NCBI GenBank assembly: GCA_020849375.1
Contig: JADLGJ010000087.1
Coordinates: 1-58,854, forward strand
Source: Candidatus Omnitrophota bacterium
Lineage (GTDB): Bacteria > Omnitrophota > Gorgyraeia > Zapsychrales > JANLHA01
Direction of reading: 5' to 3'
Length of the DNA: 58,854 nt
Shown: in pieces, positions 51,852 to 58,854 of the stretch
How positions within the stretch are numbered: position 1 is the stretch's first letter
Layout of the letters: the number at the start of each line of letters is the position of its first letter
Program-made: the position numbers and the translations under genes
The notes under the pieces: model-generated
Database searches by the model: none
The model's input: the letters and a program-made list of their open reading frames with translations, nothing else
Told to the model about the DNA's origin: nothing

Positions 51852-51894
51852 CAGAGAAAGCCCGGATTTGAAAATCAAACCCGAACTTTCTCTG
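51852..51894 (-). other. stable hairpin between the secretin gene and the minor-pilin genes
   Basis: CAGAGAAAG pairs with CTTTCTCTG (9 bp). CGG/CCG (3 bp) and TTTG/CAAA (4 bp) follow, and the loop is 5 nt. No U tract follows on the minus strand. Confidence 0.5.
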
Positions 51895-51910
51895 GCCTAA
51901 CTTTGCGGTT

Positions 51911-53548
51911 TTAATTTAAATTCCCGTAAACGATCGTCGGCGTGATCGTAATGATCAATTCCACATCGGACGTTGTCGTTTTTTCGTTAGTGAACACATT
52001 CCCGACCCACGGAATGTTCCCCAAGAATGGAACTTTATAAAGATTCTTTTTATCTTCCTGCCCTAACAAACCGCCTAAGATGAAAGGTTCATTGTTCTTG
52101 ATCCGGACATAAGCGGTGGCTTCGCGGGTTTTGATGTGCGGAAATTCGCTGTTCGGGCCGCGGAACGCGAAAATAAAACTGACTTCCGGTTCAACCTTGA
52201 TGACGACGAAGTCTTCCCCGATAATGCTCGGCGTAATGGTCAGCCGGATCCCCGGTTCGACCCAACGCACGTCGGTCGTGGCAACCCCGCCGGTAACGTT
52301 GGTGACGGTATAAGGAATACGGTCCCCGACGAAAATTTTTGATTCTTTTCCATTTAGCGTTGTGATGCTCGGGCTTGAAAGGACTTTTGCTTTGTTCTGG
52401 TTTTCAAGCATGTTGAGTGTCGCCGCGAACTGGACAGGATTACGAGCTAAAGAATAAAGCTTGATGGCTTCGTTACCGCCGCCTTCAATATTTCCTAATG
52501 TTACCGGACGTCCGGCTTCCTGGAACCCGGTCGTGACTTGGTCGGACCAGTCAATGCCTAGTTCGCGCAAACCGTCGCGGGTGATTTCAATGATCTTGGC
52601 TTCGAGGACAACTTGCGGTTGCGGTTGGTCTAATCGGATGATCGCTTTTTCTAACGCTTCAATTTCTTCAGGTTGGCCCTGCGCGATCAGGCTATTGAGA
52701 TCTTGGCTGATCTCGACTTTTTTCGCCATATCACCAAGGAGTTCTTTGGCCTGGCTGGCGTTAATATTTTTAAGTTTGAATACGCGTGATGTCGCACTCT
52801 GTTTCAAGAGATCTTCGCGTAACGTTCCGTAAAGGGAATCCCCGACGCGCTTGTAACCGAGCTTAAACGAATCCGCGATCAATAATAAAGCTTCCTGTAC
52901 ACTGACCGAAGCCAAGTGAAGGTCAAATTTATTGTTCTTCATCGTCGGGTCCAGGACGATGTTGACGCCAGCGATCTTGCTGATGGTCTGGACAATATCG
53001 CCTAAAGCGGTCTCATCAAAATCAAGGTCGATCTTCTTTTGAAGGACTTCGTCGGTAATGACGCTTTTGATGATCTCTTCCTGTGTCTGATATTTGATAG
53101 GTGTCTCATAAGCGAACATCGCCGGGGTTCCGGGGTTGAGCTTGATCGCTTTTGCTTTTTTGTATTCTTCCGCGACCTTTTGTCTCGCCTCGATGCTCTT
53201 GAGTGTTTGCATACGGATATCTTCTTCATAAGCATCCGCACTGATCTCCTTGGCCAGCTTGATCTTTTCGGAATTGCGCGGTTTCGTGTTCTGTTCTTGC
53301 GGGTGTGCGCCTTCTTCCAATAAAGCGATCTTTTTCGAAGTGGATTGTAGGATCGCATTGATCTCATCGAGTTCAGAAGAAGAGATCGCTGACGAGGCGT
53401 CAGAAGCGAATGGTTTACTGGCAGCCGCGTAGAGAACACCTCCTTCCGTTGATGCTTGGGCGAAGGCCGCCGTTTGTGCCGCGCTGATGACCAGCGACAT
53501 CAGGAAGGCTCCTCCTCGCAGAAAATTGTTTAATAAATTTTTTTTCAC
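51911..53548 (-). CDS. pilQ: secretin (PilQ / GspD family)
   Basis: The 545-aa product has a signal peptide. The C-terminal secretin domain contains SSPSITTLNGKESKIFVG and VPFLGNIPWVGNVF. Confidence 0.85.
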   Translation of the reverse strand: MKKNLLNNFLRGGAFLMSLVISAAQTAAFAQASTEGGVLYAAASKPFASDASSAISSSELDEINAILQSTSKKIALLEEGAHPQEQNTKPRNSEKIKLAKEISADAYEEDIRMQTLKSIEARQKVAEEYKKAKAIKLNPGTPAMFAYETPIKYQTQEEIIKSVITDEVLQKKIDLDFDETALGDIVQTISKIAGVNIVLDPTMKNNKFDLHLASVSVQEALLLIADSFKLGYKRVGDSLYGTLREDLLKQSATSRVFKLKNINASQAKELLGDMAKKVEISQDLNSLIAQGQPEEIEALEKAIIRLDQPQPQVVLEAKIIEITRDGLRELGIDWSDQVTTGFQEAGRPVTLGNIEGGGNEAIKLYSLARNPVQFAATLNMLENQNKAKVLSSPSITTLNGKESKIFVGDRIPYTVTNVTGGVATTDVRWVEPGIRLTITPSIIGEDFVVIKVEPEVSFIFAFRGPNSEFPHIKTREATAYVRIKNNEPFILGGLLGQEDKKNLYKVPFLGNIPWVGNVFTNEKTTTSDVELIITITPTIVYGNLN

Positions 53549-54012
53549 TTTTTTCCACCTCTTTTTAGCGTTATTTGAGTTTGCCCGTCAGAAAAAACAA
53601 CCTGTGTGTTGGAAATATCTTTAAGCATAAAGCCTTTGTATTGCTCATTAAGCTTGAGCATCACTTTTTTATCGCCCAGTTTCAGAAGGGCGATGGCCTG
53701 GTCATCCATTTTGATCATGCCGATAAAGAAAAGGTCGCTGAACTGGGCGCGGATCGGTTCGACTTTTTTCGCTTCGGTATGGCCGGGCGAAACCGTATAG
53801 ATCGGTTTGAACGGATCCCGAGGGATCTCGACCGATCTTGGGTTCGGCTTGAGGATCAATTTGGCCAGTTGCGGATCATCAACCGGTGTCACAACGATGG
53901 CATTGTCGTCGGGCTTGGGGGCATTGTCGTTCATAAAAGCGATGCCATCGCAACCGGCGGCGGTCAATGCGATTAAAAGTAAAAAAGTGATATTTAGGCT
54001 AGTGATTTTCAT
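53545..54012 (-). CDS. PilP-like pilotin/alignment lipoprotein
   Basis: The 155-aa product has a lipobox (LTAAGC). Its size and its position between pilO and the secretin fit PilP, and it has a C-terminal beta-rich part. The call is mostly from context. Confidence 0.5.
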   Translation of the reverse strand: MKITSLNITFLLLIALTAAGCDGIAFMNDNAPKPDDNAIVVTPVDDPQLAKLILKPNPRSVEIPRDPFKPIYTVSPGHTEAKKVEPIRAQFSDLFFIGMIKMDDQAIALLKLGDKKVMLKLNEQYKGFMLKDISNTQVVFSDGQTQITLKRGGKK

Positions 54013-54653
54013 TGTCGGTTATTTTGTAGTTCTTCCAGGGTTTTTAGGCTGTAGATTTTTAAAGTAAAATCGCATTGCAATGTCGGATACGAATTGTTTG
54101 CGGCAGCAATATCAATGTTGCCGATACTGATCAATTGTTTAAACCCCTCGAGATGACGGTAAAAGTTGACGATCGATTCATACGGGCCGCTGATCTTAAT
54201 AGTGATCGGCATGGCTGCCAAGGTCAACATCCGGCTCATTTCTTCTTTGGTCAATTCGTTGGCATTTTGAGTCATCTTGCGGCGGGCTAATTCCGATTGG
54301 CTGTCTTCCAGGGCTTCTGGAACTTTGACGGCCTGGAATTTACTGGTTTTCATGTCAACGATATTGATCCCGGCGCTTTGCGCAAAACCAGAAAGCCCAT
54401 CGAGGAAGCCGGGAATATCCTTTTCTTGAAAAAGATATTTTTGGAATTCAGCTTTTTCTTTGTTGTAGAAGCTCATCAAGCGTTCGATCTCGGCGATATC
54501 GTGCTTGACCTTCATGAGCTCATGGCTTTTTGTGATCCACTGATTGCGGACCTTAAGCAGTTCAGTCACATTCAGGAATGTCCAATACCCGATCGCGATG
54601 ACCGCGGCCACGCAAACACTGATCGTGATCTGGCTAATCTTTTTTTGGTCCAT
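54009..54653 (-). CDS. pilO: PilO / GspM-like alignment protein
   Basis: The 214-aa product has a single N-terminal TM segment and a coiled coil. A ferredoxin-like C-terminal part follows (ITIKISGPYESIVNFYRHLEGFKQLISIGNIDI). Confidence 0.6.
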   Translation of the reverse strand: MDQKKISQITISVCVAAVIAIGYWTFLNVTELLKVRNQWITKSHELMKVKHDIAEIERLMSFYNKEKAEFQKYLFQEKDIPGFLDGLSGFAQSAGINIVDMKTSKFQAVKVPEALEDSQSELARRKMTQNANELTKEEMSRMLTLAAMPITIKISGPYESIVNFYRHLEGFKQLISIGNIDIAAANNSYPTLQCDFTLKIYSLKTLEELQNNRQ

Positions 54654-56133
54654 CTTTTTCTTCCTTTTTGCCCTTGAGATTGGCTTGGATCCCGAAATTA
54701 AAAAGTTTAACTTCCTGCTGTTTCTTTTCCTTTAGAAAATCGAATTTACCGCCTTCAAGGATCGATGATTGGTCAACTTTTCGTATCAGTTCGGCGATGT
54801 TCGTAATGTCAAAAGTGTCGCCTTTGATCTGAACGTCACCGTTCTCGCTGAATCGGAACCCGGTCAAACTTAATTCTGTCGGTAGTTCGGTGGCAATGGC
54901 GGCGAGGACATGCGTCCAGGACGTGCGGTTGATCTCTTTGACATAACTGGCTTGTGCTAAAAGTTTTTTGCGGACATCGAGATATTCGTTCTTTTGGTCG
55001 AAAAGATATTTGTTCTGCTGGCTGAGGAGCTGGATGTCCTGGCTGATCTGCTTAGTTTCTTCTTTGAGCATCGCCAGGTCCTTGTTCACGAAGTAGTTAA
55101 CCCCGCCCATCCCGAACACCAGGACGCAAAGGAAAATAATACTTTTGACCATCAGGAGCATGACATACTTTTGCATCTGGAACTTCGCAAAGAAATGATC
55201 AAGCGCAAAAAGCGGTTTTTTAGTATTGATCGTGTACATCAGCGGTGTTAAGGCGTTAACGTAAGAAGGATTCCAATCCACACTATCAGCGACTTTAAGG
55301 TTCGGCACGGACTCGGAATTGATGATCTCGGTCGTGATGTCGAGGTCTTTATTTAATTGAGTCCCGATCATTAACGCAATTGATTTATCAGCGACGAGCC
55401 ATAAATGTTCGATCGGAGTTTGCGGATGTTCGACAAGGTGCGATTTGGCCACACGGCTGAATTCCCCTACCCAGGTCGCAAGCATTTGTTCTTGATGATG
55501 GGCGTTGACCGGGGACATGATCTGTTGTGCCCCAACGGGTGAACGGTAAACCCCAAGGTAGTTACTGCCTTTATAGATACAAAAATAAGAGCACAGCTCT
55601 TGAACGACTAAAATGGCATCGCAGCGGTCGGCTTTGAGCGGCTTCGGTAAAATGTCCTTTAAGTTGAGCGGCGAAATTTCAATATCGCGGAACGGCAATT
55701 TGGTCGCGTCCACTTCATCAATGAGCGACTTTAAGAAATCTTGGGCGACAGCGACGAGCAGGACACGGTCCTTTTCCTTGCTGTGCATGAAAGCGGTATA
55801 AGAATATTCAAAATTTTGGTTGTAGAAAAACGGGATCTTTTCGATCTCGCCAGGAACGACTTCCGCTAATTCTGCAGCGTTCATTTTCGGCATGAGCTGT
55901 TGATGGATCAGGACATCCTTGCGGGAAACCGCAACAAAGACCCGTTTTGGAAGGAGTTCTTCTTTTTCAACGATCATGCGGATGGCTTGTGTCAATGCGC
56001 CAGCGGATGAGAAGTTCAAATTAACTTCCATCTCCCCTGCGCGCGACAGGACATACGCACCCTTTTGTTTCGCGACATACACGAAACGCAAGATCTTTTC
56101 GCCGATTTCTAGCCCTAAATATCCTTTTTCCAT
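54634..56133 (-). CDS. PilM-PilN fusion (GspL-like architecture)
   Basis: The 499-aa product has an N-terminal actin-like PilM part (YLGLEIGEKILRFVYV...) of about 330 aa. One TM segment follows (VMLLMVKSIIFLCVLVFGMGGV), then a coiled coil and a PilN-like periplasmic domain. Confidence 0.65.
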   Translation of the reverse strand: MEKGYLGLEIGEKILRFVYVAKQKGAYVLSRAGEMEVNLNFSSAGALTQAIRMIVEKEELLPKRVFVAVSRKDVLIHQQLMPKMNAAELAEVVPGEIEKIPFFYNQNFEYSYTAFMHSKEKDRVLLVAVAQDFLKSLIDEVDATKLPFRDIEISPLNLKDILPKPLKADRCDAILVVQELCSYFCIYKGSNYLGVYRSPVGAQQIMSPVNAHHQEQMLATWVGEFSRVAKSHLVEHPQTPIEHLWLVADKSIALMIGTQLNKDLDITTEIINSESVPNLKVADSVDWNPSYVNALTPLMYTINTKKPLFALDHFFAKFQMQKYVMLLMVKSIIFLCVLVFGMGGVNYFVNKDLAMLKEETKQISQDIQLLSQQNKYLFDQKNEYLDVRKKLLAQASYVKEINRTSWTHVLAAIATELPTELSLTGFRFSENGDVQIKGDTFDITNIAELIRKVDQSSILEGGKFDFLKEKKQQEVKLFNFGIQANLKGKKEEKDGPKKD

Positions 56134-56157
56134 TTTTGTCCTCTTAACTTCCTGTAC

Positions 56158-56183
56158 CGAGTGTGGGGTTTAACCCACACTCG
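56158..56183 (-). terminator. GC-rich hairpin directly downstream of the pilin gene (attenuator/terminator candidate)
   Basis: A perfect 10-bp stem pairs CGAGTGTGGG with CCCACACTCG around a 6-nt loop, 20 nt after the pilin stop. There is no clear U tract. Confidence 0.4.
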
Positions 56184-56202
56184 ATACCGAAAGGATTTGT
56201 GA

Positions 56203-56514
56203 TTATTGGCAGATATACCCGCCGGTACCTAATGGATCAGCAACAACGGCTACGCCAGCCGGAGCGGCTTTAAGGTAAGAACCAGCAACGAGTTCAGCCA
56301 TGGTGTCGCACGGGCCCCAGGTGTTCGCATTTTCAGAAAAGCAAAGCAAGGCTGCGGTGCTGCAAGACTGAATATCCGAAGAGTTGGCGACTTTGTTACC
56401 ACGGTCAACCGCTTTTAAGCTGTTCGGCAAGATCAAAGCGAGCAAGATACCAGCGATGACCAAGACGATGAGGATTTCAGTGAGGGTAAAACCTTTGTTT
56501 TGTTTGGCTTTCAT
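56203..56514 (-). CDS. short type IV pilin (probable major subunit)
   Basis: The N-terminus is MKAKQNKG/FTLTEILIVLVIAGILLALILPN. The product is 103 aa with four Cys. AAGGAG lies 9 nt upstream of the ATG, and a 100-nt leader region precedes it. Confidence 0.8.
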   Translation of the reverse strand: MKAKQNKGFTLTEILIVLVIAGILLALILPNSLKAVDRGNKVANSSDIQSCSTAALLCFSENANTWGPCDTMAELVAGSYLKAAPAGVAVVADPLGTGGYICQ

Positions 56515-56614
56515 TTTTTGTTTCTCCTTGTTTGTTTTGATTGTGTTTTTGTTACATTTATGTTTAACCGTAAGTTTCTACGTGATTGATGTCCTGTTTC
56601 GTGCCCCTCCTTTT

Positions 56615-57817
56615 TTAACTTGCTAATTTATTCCAAATTGAGAAGATCGGCATATAAATGGCCAACATTGTAAAGATAATGATCGTTCCGACGATGATGA
56701 TCAAGATGGGGTCAATAATCGTTAAGAACTTATTAAGCTTATAATCAACTTCTTCGTCAAAATGTTTGGTCAGGTTTTCCAGGACCTTTGTGACGGTCCC
56801 GACTTTTTCTCCGATCCCGAGCATCTCGACCAAGAGGACTGGGAATACTTTTGTGTCACGGAACGTTTCATAGAGCGAGCGGCCTTGCTTGACGCCTTCT
56901 TTGACATCACCGATATGTTTGATCAAATATTTATTCGTGATGGTCGATTTCGCGACATCAATGCTTTCAACGATCGGTAAGCCTGAACCGATCAAAACCC
57001 GCAATGAATTAATAAAGCGGCTGATCGCCATGGTGAGAAAGAGATTGCCGAAGTACGGTAAAGATAACATATATTTGTCAAGTTTGTAACCCAGGTCAGG
57101 GATCTTGCGTACTTCGCGGTACACGATAAGCGCACTGACGATGGAAACAACGACAAGAGTTATAAAGACCGGGTTGCGCATGACCCGTGACAACCCAAGG
57201 ACGACCCGGGTGATCAAAGGAAGGTCGGCGTTCAGCCCGACGAGGACTTTCTGAAATGTAGGGACAACAAAAGTGAACATCCCGATCAAAACTAAAATGG
57301 TCAAGACCATGACGATGCACGGGTATAACATCGCTTTTTTGACCCGCGTAATGAATTGTCGCTGATATTCCAGGTATTCAACGATCCGGCGCAAGATAAA
57401 GACCATGGACCCAGTTTTTTCTGCGACATGGACCAACGAGCGGTACATGAGCGGAAAAATATTGGGGAATTCATCGAGGGCTTTTGAAATATTCTCGCCG
57501 TCTTCGACGTGGCGGTACATCCGGCTGATGACCAATTGCATGGTCTTCTCTTCGCTTTGTTTCCAGAGGATATTCAATGCCGAAAGGATCGGGATCCCGG
57601 ATTCGATGAGCGACGTCAGGCGGTGTGTGAACATTAACAGCGTGTCGAAGCTGACCGTTTGCCTTTTTAATTCTTTAATGTCAAAGATCTTTGCGGAGAT
57701 AAAAAAAACATCAAATGCCCGTAAACGCGACTTTAATTCCCTGACATCCCTGGCTTCCCAAAAACCGTAGAGGGCTTTGCCGTTCTCATCTTTTAATTTG
57801 TATAGATAATTAGGCAT
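56615..57817 (-). CDS. pilC: type IV pilus / T2SS platform protein (GspF/PilC family)
   Basis: The 400-aa product has two T2SSF repeats and three TM segments. Motifs include LL.MF..L..L.ESGIPIL and LLVEMLGIGEKVG. Confidence 0.9.
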   Translation of the reverse strand: MPNYLYKLKDENGKALYGFWEARDVRELKSRLRAFDVFFISAKIFDIKELKRQTVSFDTLLMFTHRLTSLIESGIPILSALNILWKQSEEKTMQLVISRMYRHVEDGENISKALDEFPNIFPLMYRSLVHVAEKTGSMVFILRRIVEYLEYQRQFITRVKKAMLYPCIVMVLTILVLIGMFTFVVPTFQKVLVGLNADLPLITRVVLGLSRVMRNPVFITLVVVSIVSALIVYREVRKIPDLGYKLDKYMLSLPYFGNLFLTMAISRFINSLRVLIGSGLPIVESIDVAKSTITNKYLIKHIGDVKEGVKQGRSLYETFRDTKVFPVLLVEMLGIGEKVGTVTKVLENLTKHFDEEVDYKLNKFLTIIDPILIIIVGTIIIFTMLAIYMPIFSIWNKLAS

Positions 57818-57834
57818 TGTCTCTACCGGAAACC

Positions 57835-58854
57835 TTATTCCTGCGCCGTGATGCGCAAGATCTCATCAATGCTGGTGACTTTCTTTAATGTTTTTTTGAT
57901 CCCGGACGCCCTTAAACTTTTCATCCCGTTCGTAGTGGCGGCGTTGATCATTTCTTTTTCGCTGGCTCTTTTAAGGATCAGGGCGCGCATAATATCGTCA
58001 ACATCCAAAATTTCGTAGATCCCAGTCCGCCCTGAAAAACCTGTCCATAAGCAACGGTCGCAGCCTTCGGGGTGTGCCAATTTAACGTCCTTCGTATCAG
58101 GGCAGAATTCTTTAATGTGCTCTACGACGTCCGCCGCCGGAATGTATTCCTGTTTGCAATGCGGGCAAAGAACACGGGCTAAACGCTGGGCAAAGACCGC
58201 ACTGACCGAGGTGCTGATCAAAAAGGGTTCGATATTCATTTCCAAAAGCCTGGTGATAGCCCCGGCCGCTGTATTCGTATGCATCGTTGATAAAACCAAA
58301 TGCCCTGTCAAAGCCGCGCGGATCGCGATCTCGGCAGTTTCGACGTCACGGATCTCGCCGATCATGATGATGTCCGGGTCATGGCGCAAAATATGGCGGA
58401 TCGCGGTCGCAAAACGGTAACCGATAAAATCATTGATCGCGGTCTGGGTGACCCCGGTCATTTCATATTCAACGGGATCTTCAACGGTGATGATGTTGCG
58501 GCCCGGTTGGTTCAACCGTTCCAGCATCGAATAAAGAGTGGTGGTCTTCCCTGAACCCGTGGGCCCCGTGGTTAAGATCAAACCGTGCGGGCGGTCGGTG
58601 ATCTTGTTGATCAAGGCGATCTCGTCTTTGTCAAAACCAAGAGCAGACATGTCTTTATTGAAGTAATCCTTGGTCAAAATACGCATAACTAGATTTTCGC
58701 CCAGGATGTCAGGGATCGTGGATAAGCGGATATCGTAATTCTGTCCGCGGAAATTGATCATCGTTCTTCCATCCTGCGGGCGGCGGTTATCGGCAACGTC
58801 CATCCCGGCCATGACCTTAAACCGCGATAGGACTTGTCGTTCCAGTTCTTTTTC
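57835..58854 (-). CDS. pilB: GspE/PilB-family assembly ATPase, C-terminal part (gene continues beyond the window)
   Basis: The reading frame stays open to the window end (..EKELERQVLSRFKVMAGMDVADNRRPQDGR). The product has Walker A GPTGSGKTT, Walker B DPDIIMIGEIRD, a His box GHLVLSTMHTN and the tetra-Cys pair CPHC...CDRC. Confidence 0.9.
   Translation of the reverse strand, partial: EKELERQVLSRFKVMAGMDVADNRRPQDGRTMINFRGQNYDIRLSTIPDILGENLVMRILTKDYFNKDMSALGFDKDEIALINKITDRPHGLILTTGPTGSGKTTTLYSMLERLNQPGRNIITVEDPVEYEMTGVTQTAINDFIGYRFATAIRHILRHDPDIIMIGEIRDVETAEIAIRAALTGHLVLSTMHTNTAAGAITRLLEMNIEPFLISTSVSAVFAQRLARVLCPHCKQEYIPAADVVEHIKEFCPDTKDVKLAHPEGCDRCLWTGFSGRTGIYEILDVDDIMRALILKRASEKEMINAATTNGMKSLRASGIKKTLKKVTSIDEILRITAQE

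Noticed and set aside
56590-56607. A sigma54-like element lies upstream of the pilin gene (minus strand GGGGCACGAAACAGGACA).
   Set aside because: The -24 GGCACG is good. The -12 position reads AGGA instead of TTGC at the required spacing, so this is not a convincing RpoN promoter.

Overview
This is a 58.9-kb, very gene-dense chromosomal segment with about 60 CDS. Most gene junctions have gaps of 30 nt or less, or overlaps of 1-30 nt. I found no rRNA, tRNA, CRISPR array, transposase, integrase, phage gene or recognisable defence gene. Positions 1-25,397 form one unbroken minus-strand gene string.

The window divides into six blocks:
1. 1-13.3 kb: a Wzx/Wzy-type exopolysaccharide locus. It holds methyltransferases, two SAT-like acetyltransferases, a GH lipoprotein, GT9 and GT2 glycosyltransferases, Wzx, Wzy, a Wzc-like co-polymerase, a short OPX protein and an outer-membrane beta-barrel.
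2. 13.4-25.4 kb: a mixed set of genes. These are a GIY-YIG protein, a secreted Lys/Ala/Glu repeat protein, a SET-domain protein, an alcohol dehydrogenase, an esterase, a rhamnose operon (rfbA, an NRS/ER-like gene, rfbB), a PCP_red protein, CorA, an orphan pseudopilin, a secreted DUF4124-glutaredoxin protein, DUF423 and a degenerate TrpD-like protein.
3. 25.5-36.9 kb: dus, a disulfide reductase, an ABC-2 transporter, a compact glutathione/glutaredoxin/BolA/ApbC cluster, and ilvBN.
4. 36.9-42.0 kb: a Chlamydia-type class Ic ribonucleotide reductase operon with NrdR boxes, a small inter-cistronic ORF and a degenerate IscU-like gene.
5. 42.1-47.8 kb: sodA, tpx and a partial menaquinone cluster (thioesterase, menE, menC, menA, menB).
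6. 47.9-58.85 kb: a type IV pilus / T2SS-like assembly cluster. It holds pilB (partial), pilC, a short pilin, a PilM-PilN fusion, pilO, pilP, a secretin, a 711-aa pilin-like protein, a pseudopilin and a PilX-like protein.

No single obvious novel system stands out. The most unusual observations are these:
- an IscU-fold protein translationally coupled to an R2c-type nrdB
- a eukaryote/giant-virus-type bifunctional NRS/ER-like gene standing in for rfbC/rfbD
- a Wzc-like protein whose kinase motifs are all degenerate
- a SET-domain gene next to a Lys-rich repeat protein
- the hybrid architecture of the pilus cluster

All homology statements come from reading the translations against remembered family motifs, not from database searches. 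The Chlamydia-like R2c/NrdA pair and the SET protein hint weakly at a PVC-type or candidate-phylum lineage. That is a guess.
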